Of a DNA stretch of 64,000 bases, positions 1-8,801 are shown piece after piece. Position 1 is the first letter of the stretch; the number at the start of each line of letters is the position of its first letter. The position numbers and the translations under genes were made by a program. Under the pieces are notes generated by a model. It was not told the DNA's origin and searched no databases. It saw only the letters and a list, made by a program, of their open reading frames with translations. The stretch lies in assembly GCA_937892945.1 (NCBI GenBank), contig CALBIL010000096.1:52489-116488 (forward strand), given 5' to 3'. The DNA comes from an uncultured euryarchaeote (GTDB lineage: Archaea; Thermoplasmatota; Poseidoniia; Poseidoniales; Poseidoniaceae).

Positions 1-295
1 TCTTTCCAGCAATCATATTCAGCATACGATTCGTCACTGCAAATCCGCCAACGACGTTAATCATTGCGAGAACAACAGCTACAAAAGCGAGAATTCCTGA
101 AACAAGAGTCTGTTGAGCATCATATGCAACATTTGAGCCGATTAAAGCACCGATTATACTAATTCCAGAAATTGCATTTGCACCACTCATAAGAGGGGTG
201 TGCAATGTAGCTGGGACTTTGGTAATCAATTCAAATCCAAGGAAAATTGCAAGTATGAACAAAGTTAGGTTTCCGATTAAAAGTTCTGGCGTCAT
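1..295 (-). CDS. pntAB: NAD(P) transhydrogenase subunit alpha part 2 (small membrane piece), 3' end cut by window edge
   Basis: My own minus-strand translation from ATG 295 gives MTPELLIGNLTLFILAIFLGFELITKVPATLHTPLMSGANAISGISIIGALIG...VVGGFAVTNRMLNMIAGK. This is hydrophobic and typical of the PntAB piece. Its start makes an ATGA overlap with the stop of the upstream alpha-1 gene. Confidence 0.8.
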   Translation of the reverse strand, partial: MTPELLIGNLTLFILAIFLGFELITKVPATLHTPLMSGANAISGISIIGALIGSNVAYDAQQTLVSGILAFVAVVLAMINVVGGFAVTNRMLNMIAGK

Positions 296-1455
296 TCGAG
301 TACACCTCCGAGGCGTGTTTGTTTTGGATGTAAAGCGCCATCTTGGCAGAGAAGAACTCCGCCCATGCCGCTGACATAGAAATCTGAATCTTCTGGTGCA
401 CCAACCAAAATATCATCATCTTCACTGATGACAAGTTCACCCTCTTTCACAAGAGATGTGATGAATGTAGTCAAGTTGTTTGAATACAACATACTGGAAG
501 TTGTTGCGAGTGTTCCGGGCAGGTTTGAAGTTCCTACAATAATCACACCGTTTTCAGTTGTGATGACTTCTCCAGCCACCGTATCTTCACAGTTCCCACC
601 AACATCTGCATTCATATCAACGACAACTGCACCAGCTTTGAAATTTAGAATTGCGCTTGAAGGAACAGTAATTGGAGCAGGTCGTCCGAATATTCGTGCA
701 GTTGTGACAATGATATCAGCATCGGCTGCAACTCCACATACGGTATCGTTGACTTTTTGAATAAATTCACCAGTTAATGGCTTTGCATATCCGGATTCAT
801 CTTCGAAGTCATCCATTCCATCGACTTCAATGAAACGTCCACCAACGGATTCAATTTGCTCAGCAGCCGATTTACGAACATCCGATGCATACACCACAGC
901 ACCGAGGCGCTTGGCGGTTGCAATCGCTTGAAGCCCAGCAACCCCGCTTCCCATTATGACGACCTTTGCCGGACGAATGGTACCGGCTGAAGTTGTCATC
1001 ATTGGAATGCCTCTCGGGACGTGAGCAGCTCCAAGAAGAACGGCTTTGTATCCAGCAAGATTGTCTTGACTGGAATTAACGTCCATTGATTGAGCACGAG
1101 AGAGTCTTCGTGGAATCATGTCCATAGAGAGGAGAGTGATTCCTGCCTCAATACATGATTGAACATATTGAGGATTGCGGAAGGGGTCAGCAACACAAGC
1201 GATGCGGGTACCCTTAGCAACACCTTCAATTCCAGGAAATCGAATCGAAATGATTGTCTCGCACGACAATACTTCTTCGCGTGTTGAAATTTTTGCTCCA
1301 GCAGATTCGTAATCCACATCAAGATAATTTGCGGCTTTTCCTGCACCCTTTTCGATGAAGATTTCAAACCCCGCTTTGAGCAATTTCTTCATACTTGAAG
1401 GGGCAATTGCCACTCGTGTTTCGCCAGCGGGTTCCATAGGTACTCCAAGTTTCAT
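292..1455 (-). CDS. pntAA: NAD(P) transhydrogenase subunit alpha part 1 (alanine dehydrogenase/PNT fold)
   Basis: 387 aa with Rossmann motif IMGSGVAGLQAIATAKRLGA. ATG start confirmed at 1453-1455. Followed directly by the membrane alpha-2 piece. Confidence 0.9.
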   Translation of the reverse strand: MKLGVPMEPAGETRVAIAPSSMKKLLKAGFEIFIEKGAGKAANYLDVDYESAGAKISTREEVLSCETIISIRFPGIEGVAKGTRIACVADPFRNPQYVQSCIEAGITLLSMDMIPRRLSRAQSMDVNSSQDNLAGYKAVLLGAAHVPRGIPMMTTSAGTIRPAKVVIMGSGVAGLQAIATAKRLGAVVYASDVRKSAAEQIESVGGRFIEVDGMDDFEDESGYAKPLTGEFIQKVNDTVCGVAADADIIVTTARIFGRPAPITVPSSAILNFKAGAVVVDMNADVGGNCEDTVAGEVITTENGVIIVGTSNLPGTLATTSSMLYSNNLTTFITSLVKEGELVISEDDDILVGAPEDSDFYVSGMGGVLLCQDGALHPKQTRLGGVLE

Positions 1456-1658
1456 ACAATGTCCTCGATTCCCCTTGGTCGAAAATTAGACTGGGGATGT
1501 TCTTCGGACCAAGAGGAGGTTCTTAGATGGCACGCATCGAAGTTGTCAATTTCTCAAGCCAAAAACATATTTCCAACTTTTCACACGAGATACTGATGGA
1601 ATTTGACCATGTTGCTTATTGATGGTCGGGTATTGGGAAGAATACCGAGGAATTTACA

Positions 1659-2597
1659 ATGAGCAATCACCGAAGGAAAATCGCCGTTATAGGAGCTGGA
1701 AATGTTGGTGCAACTTGTGCATTCGTACTAGCACAAATGAAAATAGCTGACATCGTACTGTTGGATATCTATGAAGGATTCGCAAAAGGTAAAGCGCTTG
1801 ACATGTCACAAAATGGACAAGTACTCAATTACAACGGAACTATTACCGGAACCTCTGACTACAACGATATTGCAGGTGCGAGTGTTGTTGTCGTCACCTC
1901 TGGTTTCCCTCGACAACCTGGTATGTCACGGGAAGATCTGATTGCTAAGAACGCTGGAATCGTTAAACAAGTTGGCGAAGGTATTCGCGACCATGCCCCC
2001 GATTCTACTATCGTAATGGTCACGAATCCTCTTGACCTCATGACCTATCACATGCAAAAAGTCACAGGATTTCCTGCGAACCGCGTTTGTGGCCAAGCAG
2101 GTGTTTTAGACAGTGCACGAATGACTCATTTTGTTGCCCAAGCAGTTGGATGCTCAGAAGAGGATGTTCAAGCAATGGTGTTGGGCGGGCATGGAGATAC
2201 AATGGTTCCACTTCCTCGATTCACGACTGTTGGCGGCATTTCGATTACCCACCTTCTTGATGAGGAAACCATCGATGCCATCTGTAAGCGTACAGCCTCT
2301 GGTGGCGGAGAAATCGTCAAACTTCTTGAACGTGGTTCAGCATTCTATGCACCGGGTTCAGCAGCAGCAGTTATGGCCGAGGCGATTTTGAATGATCGGA
2401 AGCGATTGATTCCTGCATCTGCTCACCTCACGGGTCAATACGGACTTGATGATGTATACATTGGAGTCCCAGTTATTCTTGGTGCGAATGGTATTGAACG
2501 AATTCTTGAATTAGAATTATCTGAAAGCGAACTCGAGTCACTGCAAAGTTCCGGTAACTTTTACAAATCACAATTGAAAGAATTGCTTGGTTACTGA
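1659..2597 (+). CDS. mdh: malate dehydrogenase (LDH-like family)
   Basis: 312 aa. N-terminal KIAVIGAGNVGATCAF dinucleotide fold, GFPRQPGMSREDL substrate loop, and GGHGDTMVP. ATG at 1659. Confidence 0.95.
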   Translation: MSNHRRKIAVIGAGNVGATCAFVLAQMKIADIVLLDIYEGFAKGKALDMSQNGQVLNYNGTITGTSDYNDIAGASVVVVTSGFPRQPGMSREDLIAKNAGIVKQVGEGIRDHAPDSTIVMVTNPLDLMTYHMQKVTGFPANRVCGQAGVLDSARMTHFVAQAVGCSEEDVQAMVLGGHGDTMVPLPRFTTVGGISITHLLDEETIDAICKRTASGGGEIVKLLERGSAFYAPGSAAAVMAEAILNDRKRLIPASAHLTGQYGLDDVYIGVPVILGANGIERILELELSESELESLQSSGNFYKSQLKELLGY

Positions 2598-3301
2598 TTG
2601 GATTCTCGAATGATGGCAAGTGAATAGGTTTGCCCTTGAGTGGTGATGTATTTTTCATCGATGGTCCCATTTTCGACACGTGTGAATTTTTTACCGCTTC
2701 GGCCACGTGAAATCATACGTGCAAGCACTTCTTGGCCTATGTAACATCCTTTGGCTGGGTGAACCAAGTGACTTAACCCAGTAGAAAGTGGATGATTGTT
2801 TTTGGAAATTTCAAATCCATTCCAAGGAATTTGATTCTCGATTCTCCAGTCATGGAAAGGTGCGGTTTCATCTGTAAACACACATTCGACATTGAGAGAA
2901 GCGATGAGAAGTGAATACTTTTCATCAATATATCCGTGTGTTACACCATCCAATGATTCAAATCGGCCAACATTTGAGTTGGTGATGCCATATTCGATGA
3001 CAAATATGTTTCTGGACGTCACATCAACAATCGTGACTTCTTGATCGAGAATACGTGGCGTAACATGTTTCAGTAACATGTCCAATTGTGATGTATGCGA
3101 TTGAACTGCGAGAAAATCTCCCATATGAAACACAGTGGCGAGGTCGATGATTTTAGCTTGTGTAGTCGTGAATACAGTTTGCCGCACTTCACCTTGAATC
3201 ATATCGATTATTTTATTCGATGACAAACCATCAATAAATTGCAGCGCATCTGCGCCTTGCCAAACTGTCAATGATGCATCATCGTAAGCCACTCGCGGCA
3301 T
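2591..3301 (-). CDS. ygfZ: YgfZ/GcvT-family folate-binding protein
   Basis: 236 aa. C-terminal KGCYIGQEVLARM matches the YgfZ signature K-G-C-Y/F-x-G-Q-E. ATG at 3301, 9 nt after the IscA-like stop. Confidence 0.75.
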   Translation of the reverse strand: MPRVAYDDASLTVWQGADALQFIDGLSSNKIIDMIQGEVRQTVFTTTQAKIIDLATVFHMGDFLAVQSHTSQLDMLLKHVTPRILDQEVTIVDVTSRNIFVIEYGITNSNVGRFESLDGVTHGYIDEKYSLLIASLNVECVFTDETAPFHDWRIENQIPWNGFEISKNNHPLSTGLSHLVHPAKGCYIGQEVLARMISRGRSGKKFTRVENGTIDEKYITTQGQTYSLAIIRESNQ

Positions 3302-3310
3302 AGAAGAACC

Positions 3311-3697
3311 TCAAGCGAAAGATTCGCCGCATCCACACGAAGATTCAGCATTTGGATTGTTAATTCTGAATCCGCCACCCATCAATCGGTCGACGTAATC
3401 AATTTCGATACCATCAAGGAGATGGCTTGAAGCGTTTGGGACTAATACTCTGAACCCATCAATGTTCACTTCTTGACAACTTTGGTCTGTCTCTTCGACA
3501 ATCTGTAAATCATACATGTAACCTGAACAACCACCGGATAAGACTCCTACTAACAGCGCCATTGAACGGTCATCACCGAACGCATCAACGAGCATTTCTT
3601 GTGCCTTTGATGAGATAGTTAAGTTGACATTGACCACTTCCGGAGTCATGAGTTGTACAGGGCCAGATGTCTCGCATGTACCGCAGTCCATGGGCAT
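3311..3697 (-). CDS. iscA: iron-sulfur cluster insertion protein, IscA/ErpA/HesB family
   Basis: GGCSGYMYDL ... NPNAESSCGCGESFA C-terminal signature. I trimmed the track ORF (3311-3868) to ATG 3697 because the longer form overlaps the upstream TPR gene. Confidence 0.85.
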   Translation of the reverse strand: MPMDCGTCETSGPVQLMTPEVVNVNLTISSKAQEMLVDAFGDDRSMALLVGVLSGGCSGYMYDLQIVEETDQSCQEVNIDGFRVLVPNASSHLLDGIEIDYVDRLMGGGFRINNPNAESSCGCGESFA

Positions 3698-3752
3698 ACG
3701 ATGCGCCACTTCGCTATGAACCTGTTCTTCGATTGAGGGACTCTGAAAGGTT

Positions 3753-6308
3753 TCATCGGCGTTTCTTTTTACGTTCAATTTCCTTAAGAAGAATCCCACA
3801 TCGGCGAATTTGTTCTTTCGCCCGCTTAATCTCTTCAGTTTCAAGACCTCGAGGGATTGATTGCTCAAAACATTTCATTGCATCTGGATAACGTTCCATT
3901 TCAGCATATGCACTGCCCATATTGTACAAGGTTTTTCCACGAACCTCAGAAGGTCGAATGAGCATGGCTTGATGATATGCTTCGACACATTTAGGATATT
4001 CTTCAAGATAATAGTATGCGTTACCTCGTCCGTTCAGTATTCGTATGATCATGTCATCATTCCCTGCAAATGACGGGAGTGCTCTGTCAAAAGAGGAAAG
4101 TGCTTCTCTAAACTTGCCTCCTTCAATCAAAGCGACTCCTTGATTGTACCACGCAACATCTTGGTTTGCAACAGAACTTGAATTAACTTCTGTATCGACA
4201 GTTGTGGAAGCCAATCGTTGTGCTTCAATTGCTGCTTGTGTCAAGTCAAAGGCTGGTTGCGTCGGTGTTTCAACAGCAACTGGTTGGACAGCCTGCGGCC
4301 GTTGTTTCAAGGCTTGAGCGGAATCAATGAGAAGTGATGGAGTATCGTCTACAGTCGGTTGAACTGTTTCTGAACTTTGTGGCTCCGGTTGTGTTTGAAG
4401 TCCGAGCGCATTCATGTAATAGTCAGTCTGTGATTCTTGAGGGTCAACTGGAGTTAACAGAAGTTGAGGTGTAGCTGATTCAACTGTCGTTTGCTCAACA
4501 ACAGCCGGTACGACTGGGGTCAGCACTGGAGCCGGCGTAGGCGTCGGTACAGGTGCGATGGATTCAACTTGAACGACTCCACTCAGTTCGTCAGCCTTGC
4601 GGTGGCACTTTTGGGCAGTTTCTAAATCGCCAGCGGATTCGAGTGAACGGGCTAGGCCCCTCCAAATCACTGGGTTTTGGCCATCCAATTTAATCATCGA
4701 TTTCCAGATTGTTACCGCCTGAACATCATTCTTTGCAGCGGTATGAGCCCGTGCATGGTATTCGGTTTCACCCTCACCCAGGTATCCAAGTGCTTCGTGT
4801 GCCAAATGTGGGCCCTCAGGGAGTGTAGGTGGAAGCCCATGGACTGATTCTAATACATTCGCTTCACCTTCTGCCAATTCGATAAGAATCCGAATAAATT
4901 CGTCTCGGACTTGATTCATCGGTTCAATTTGAAGAAGAGTTCGCGTTGAATTGAGATAGTTCTCGACATCTCCAGTTTGGTTGCAAAGTTGGCTGCACTT
5001 TATGGCCGCCTTCAAATAATCTGATTGAACATTCATCGCTTTCATATAGCATTCAATAGCGCGTGAAGATTCCCCTTTTCTCTGATATATGGAACCGAGA
5101 TTAAACCATCCTGACCCTTGGTTCGGATCAAGTGACTGCGCATGTACAAGTGCAGAAATTGCGTGATCATCGAGTTCGAGGCGAGCCATTGCCCCTCCAG
5201 CAATCCTCCATGCACCTGCGTGATCTGCAGCAATTGTCTTCAGATGCGGGCTGAGTAATTCCAGTGCACCCTGCGCATCACCTGAACGAATCATTTCCGT
5301 TGCTTCAGCGACTAAATCATCCATCACGAATGGTTTTTCAACAGGTTCTTCGATGATTTGTGGAGGTTGCTGAACAACTGGTTCTGCCACCAAGGCCGTC
5401 ACTTCTTGAATCTCTTGTGTAGCTGCGACAACTTCTGCTGCCGATTTGAGTTCTTGATATTCAAGATGCTGGTTTTCGTCTTCATCATGATGAATTGCCT
5501 CAGCCAATATTGCTTCTTTATTAGTGACTCCGACTTCTTTCATAACTTCAGCAACGTGCTGTTCGTCATAGGTTTGAGATGGCAACTGCATTGGCATCGA
5601 TTCAATTGGTATCTGCTTTCCACTTTCTGCACATCGGCTTTTCACATCTAACAATAACGGATGGCCAGGGAAGAAGTTCAATGCACGAACCGCCATTTCA
5701 TAGGCAGCTGCATCGTCTCCAATTCTTTCGAGTAAGGTCGCAATATTGGCAGTTGCAGGAGCGTTATCTGGATTGATATCGAGACAAATTTGGAATGCTT
5801 GACGAGCGCCACGTGCATCTTGCTCTGCTTCAAGTAAAACACCACGATTGAACCATGCCATGTCGCATGAAGGGTCTAATGCGATTGCCTTATTGAAGGC
5901 GGTAAGTGCTCCTTTCGAATCATTTTTCCGAGAGCATTCTTCTCCAAGTTGAAGTAGGAACTCTACGGAGTTTTCATCGTTGGAATCTTCTTCAAATTCA
6001 CTTTTTTGTTTTTGCTCAACAACCCATTTCTTGGCAGCATTTTGCAGTTCTTCTTCTTTCAAGTAATTATTTCCATCATTGTCCATCGAATGGGCAAAAG
6101 TTAGAAACCCTTCGCGGTCCGAAATAGAATGTTGATTAATTACGCGTTCGAAGACCTTCTCTGAATAGCCGATTGAGTTTTCATCGTCATGTCCAGTTTT
6201 GTCCCCTAATCCTGCTGAACGAAGTGCTGCGGCCATGGATTCGGCTACTGCATCAGATACAGCATTGGAATCTGTAGGGTTTGGGGATTCTGCATCGGTT
6301 CCGCTCAT
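3753..6308 (-). CDS. large cytoplasmic TPR-repeat protein with Pro/Thr/Val linker and two EF-hand-like loops
   Basis: 851 aa. Multiple 34-aa TPR-like units (for example AWFNRGVLLEAEQDARGARQAFQICLDINPDN and GWFNLGSIYQRKGESSRAIECYMKAMNVQSD). No signal peptide. ATG at 6308. Confidence 0.8.
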   Translation of the reverse strand: MSGTDAESPNPTDSNAVSDAVAESMAAALRSAGLGDKTGHDDENSIGYSEKVFERVINQHSISDREGFLTFAHSMDNDGNNYLKEEELQNAAKKWVVEQKQKSEFEEDSNDENSVEFLLQLGEECSRKNDSKGALTAFNKAIALDPSCDMAWFNRGVLLEAEQDARGARQAFQICLDINPDNAPATANIATLLERIGDDAAAYEMAVRALNFFPGHPLLLDVKSRCAESGKQIPIESMPMQLPSQTYDEQHVAEVMKEVGVTNKEAILAEAIHHDEDENQHLEYQELKSAAEVVAATQEIQEVTALVAEPVVQQPPQIIEEPVEKPFVMDDLVAEATEMIRSGDAQGALELLSPHLKTIAADHAGAWRIAGGAMARLELDDHAISALVHAQSLDPNQGSGWFNLGSIYQRKGESSRAIECYMKAMNVQSDYLKAAIKCSQLCNQTGDVENYLNSTRTLLQIEPMNQVRDEFIRILIELAEGEANVLESVHGLPPTLPEGPHLAHEALGYLGEGETEYHARAHTAAKNDVQAVTIWKSMIKLDGQNPVIWRGLARSLESAGDLETAQKCHRKADELSGVVQVESIAPVPTPTPAPVLTPVVPAVVEQTTVESATPQLLLTPVDPQESQTDYYMNALGLQTQPEPQSSETVQPTVDDTPSLLIDSAQALKQRPQAVQPVAVETPTQPAFDLTQAAIEAQRLASTTVDTEVNSSSVANQDVAWYNQGVALIEGGKFREALSSFDRALPSFAGNDDMIIRILNGRGNAYYYLEEYPKCVEAYHQAMLIRPSEVRGKTLYNMGSAYAEMERYPDAMKCFEQSIPRGLETEEIKRAKEQIRRCGILLKEIERKKKRR

Positions 6309-6374
6309 AGTGTCACCAAACCTTACCGGTTAAGCGACCGGCATAAGCATTGCTTCTCAGCGTGCCATGGAAAT

Positions 6375-6971
6375 ATGCAGTATATTCAAATGCCGCCGGC
6401 AAAATCGGGGTTTATGACTCAGACACCGCTTCGCATCCTTGGGCTCTCTGGAGAGTATCGTGCAACTTCGAAGAGTGGAATGATGGTAAATCTCGCACTT
6501 TCTTATGCTGAATCGAAAGGTGCTGAGATCATGTTTTGGGATTGTGCAGAAAAGCCACTTCCTTTTGTAGGTGAAGACGGATGCTGGGAACATCCAAATG
6601 TCAAAGAATTCCAAGCACTGGCTTCCTCATGTGATGCGTTTTTAATTTGTTCACCTGAATACCACGGGACGATGTCAGGGGTTATGAAAAACACATTCGA
6701 TTGGCTTTATGATAAACACGTTGGAGGCAAGGTCTTCGGGCTCATGTGCACGCTTGGTGGTATGCAAAACTCGAACACTCTCAACCATATGCGCATCATG
6801 CTTCGGTGGTTACATGCTTGGCCTGTGCCAGAGCAGTTAGCAGTCGGGCATGTCAAAGAGGCATTTGATGACGAAGGGAATTTGACTGACGAAGATATGC
6901 AAAATCGCCTTCACGGATTGGTTAATTCAGTTATGGAGACTTCATCTCTCTTCGCGACTCAGAGTGAGTGA
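6375..6971 (+). CDS. NAD(P)H-dependent FMN reductase family protein
   Basis: LRILGLSGEYRATSKSG ... LICSPEYHGTMSGVMKNTFDWL is the FMN_red pattern. The start could also be ATG 6390 or 6414. Confidence 0.75.
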   Translation: MQYIQMPPAKSGFMTQTPLRILGLSGEYRATSKSGMMVNLALSYAESKGAEIMFWDCAEKPLPFVGEDGCWEHPNVKEFQALASSCDAFLICSPEYHGTMSGVMKNTFDWLYDKHVGGKVFGLMCTLGGMQNSNTLNHMRIMLRWLHAWPVPEQLAVGHVKEAFDDEGNLTDEDMQNRLHGLVNSVMETSSLFATQSE

Positions 6972-6976
6972 GACGA

Positions 6977-7711
6977 ATGGCTGATCAACGTCCATTTTTT
7001 GATGATGAATTCGGTGGACGGTACCTCTTGGTTGAACCCGGCGACTTCATGATGGGGGATGAAAAAGGCACTCGTTCCGAACAACCAGTCCACAATGTCA
7101 GCATCAAAGACCCATTTTTTTGCGGTGAGCGCCCAGTGACTCAGGCTCATTGGGAGACCATAATGGGTAACAATCCCTCTGCTTTTACGGATGGATGGGC
7201 GGCTGGACTACGCCCTGTCGAACAAGTATCTTGGGATGAAGTTCACGAATTTTTAAACCAATTGAATCAACTTGACCACAGTACTGAACGCCTCGGAGTA
7301 CGTGGTATCTGGCGGCTACCTTCTGAAGCGGAATGGGAATATCTCTCACGTGCGAACACAACAACGCGTTGGGCTTTTGGTGACAGAGATGGTGATTTGA
7401 GTGATTATGGCTGGCATGCAGGTAACTCGGGGGCGAGCACTCGTGAAGTGGGGCAGAAAAAAGCAAATCCATGGGGCTTTTTAGATCTTCACGGTCAAGT
7501 TTCTGAATGGTGCGAAGATACCTTTGTTGCGAATTATGAATCTCATGAAGGCATTCAATCACCAAAACAAGGAGATTCACTACGTCGAATCCACCGTGGC
7601 GGTTCATGGTTTACCGAATCTGATTCAACTCGATGTTCATCACGTGGTTCTGCGTTGACGAACCATCAGAGCGACGGTATTGGATTCCGTTTGGTTTGGC
7701 AACCAGTTTAA
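6977..7711 (+). CDS. formylglycine-generating enzyme (SUMF1/EgtB/PvdO) family protein
   Basis: PVEQVSWDEVHEFLNQLN, WRLPSEAEWEYLSRA, ANPWGFLDLHGQVSEWCED, RIHRGGSW and GFRLV motifs. The track start 6968 is GTG. ATG 6977 lies 5 nt after the upstream stop. Confidence 0.85.
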   Translation: MADQRPFFDDEFGGRYLLVEPGDFMMGDEKGTRSEQPVHNVSIKDPFFCGERPVTQAHWETIMGNNPSAFTDGWAAGLRPVEQVSWDEVHEFLNQLNQLDHSTERLGVRGIWRLPSEAEWEYLSRANTTTRWAFGDRDGDLSDYGWHAGNSGASTREVGQKKANPWGFLDLHGQVSEWCEDTFVANYESHEGIQSPKQGDSLRRIHRGGSWFTESDSTRCSSRGSALTNHQSDGIGFRLVWQPV

Positions 7712-7731
7712 TGATTCAATAAGGTGTTTGT

Positions 7732-8082
7732 ATGACTGTTCTCTATCACAATCCACGATGTTCAAAATCACGTCAAGCAGTAGCACTGTGCGAATCTTCC
7801 TCATTCGATGTCGAAATTCATTTCTACCTCACGAATCCTCTCGGATATGAGGTTCTCCACTCCCTCCTCTCTCGTCTTGAAGGAGAACTCCATCATGCAA
7901 TCCGTTGGCAGGACAAGGCGTACAAAGAGATGGATGACTCTGTTGTTGACCGTACGAGCATTGATTCAATCGCATTCTTTCTTTCAAAGAATGGACATTT
8001 AATGGAACGCCCTTGGCTTGATAATGGCGTTTCTACTCGGATTGGACGTCCAGTTGAGTCTCTGATTGGTTTTCTTCAATGA
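7732..8082 (+). CDS. arsC: arsenate reductase, glutaredoxin-coupled ArsC/Spx family
   Basis: MTVLYHNPRCSKSRQAV N-terminal catalytic Cys context, with the conserved Arg positions (AIRW, MERPW, RIGRP). AGGTG sits 6 nt upstream of ATG 7732. Confidence 0.85.
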   Translation: MTVLYHNPRCSKSRQAVALCESSSFDVEIHFYLTNPLGYEVLHSLLSRLEGELHHAIRWQDKAYKEMDDSVVDRTSIDSIAFFLSKNGHLMERPWLDNGVSTRIGRPVESLIGFLQ

Positions 8083-8587
8083 CATTTCTCTCGGCACTTG
8101 TACGAGGTGTGACATCGTAACCTACTTTCTCATCCATTGTTCCAAGCGTCTGGTGAGTTGGTATTTGCCCAGGGCCAATATTCCATTTGAGAGTGAATTG
8201 TTGATCAAGGCAAGTCACTAAGTTTCTCGACCTGAGAGAATCAATCCCTGATGCAGTACGGTCAACAGCTGGTGCTATATCTTCGTTAAATAGACTGTCC
8301 ATTGCGACACAAATCGATTGAAAGTCTCTGGAACCATCGCATAATTCCCATAGCATACTGTTCATGGTATCGAATGGTCGACGTACTTCACGTGGTGCTC
8401 GAAACAATTTTGCTAATACCCGTTCAAACCGTGTAAACCGTTTTTCGATACGAAGGACAATATTTTTCCCAGTAACTCCGTCTTCGTCGATGTGCGGTCC
8501 AATATCACCTACACGAGCCCACCATACTGGCAAACGGCAAGGATATGTTCCCGAATATTTGTTGTCATCTGCATCTGCGAGTTCCAT
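8033..8587 (-). CDS. PqqD-like domain protein
   Basis: The core RRPFDTMNSMLWELCDGSRDFQSICVAMDSLFNEDIAPAVDRTASGIDSLRSRNLV resembles the PqqD/RRE winged-helix pattern. ATG at 8587. The 3' end overlaps the convergent arsC by 50 nt. Confidence 0.5.
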   Translation of the reverse strand: MELADADDNKYSGTYPCRLPVWWARVGDIGPHIDEDGVTGKNIVLRIEKRFTRFERVLAKLFRAPREVRRPFDTMNSMLWELCDGSRDFQSICVAMDSLFNEDIAPAVDRTASGIDSLRSRNLVTCLDQQFTLKWNIGPGQIPTHQTLGTMDEKVGYDVTPRTSAERNVIEENQSETQLDVQSE

Positions 8588-8596
8588 GTTAACGCC

Positions 8597-8776
8597 TCAA
8601 AATTGTGTAAATGTCCAAATGACCATGGCTGACATGGATGCCACGCCTGTGAAGGCGACGAGTCGAGTTGCCTCAACTCGTTCTGTAAAATTCCTGAGGA
8701 ACCATGTTCCCACTCCACATACTGCAATCAGGAGCCAAAGCAAGTACCACGCGGGGGGATATGCAATTGATTCCAT
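8597..8776 (-). CDS. small two-helix membrane protein (59 aa)
   Basis: The ATG 8776 product is MESIAYPPAWYLLWLLIAVCGVGTWFLRNFTERVEATRLVAFTGVASMSAMVIWTFTQF, with two hydrophobic spans. It sits in the gap between the surface-protein stop (8802) and the PqqD-like start. Its stop is 9 nt before that start. Confidence 0.4.
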   Translation of the reverse strand: MESIAYPPAWYLLWLLIAVCGVGTWFLRNFTERVEATRLVAFTGVASMSAMVIWTFTQF

Positions 8777-8801
8777 GCCCAAGCCTCTCGAATCGAGTCC
8801 C

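Noticed and set aside
1478-1648. Short inverted repeats in the pntA/mdh divergent region (CTTGGTC-N25-GACCAAG, and GGTATT-N6-AATACC just before the mdh ATG)
   Set aside because: Six- to seven-bp arms are expected by chance in 200 bp. There is no second copy or associated regulator to support a function.
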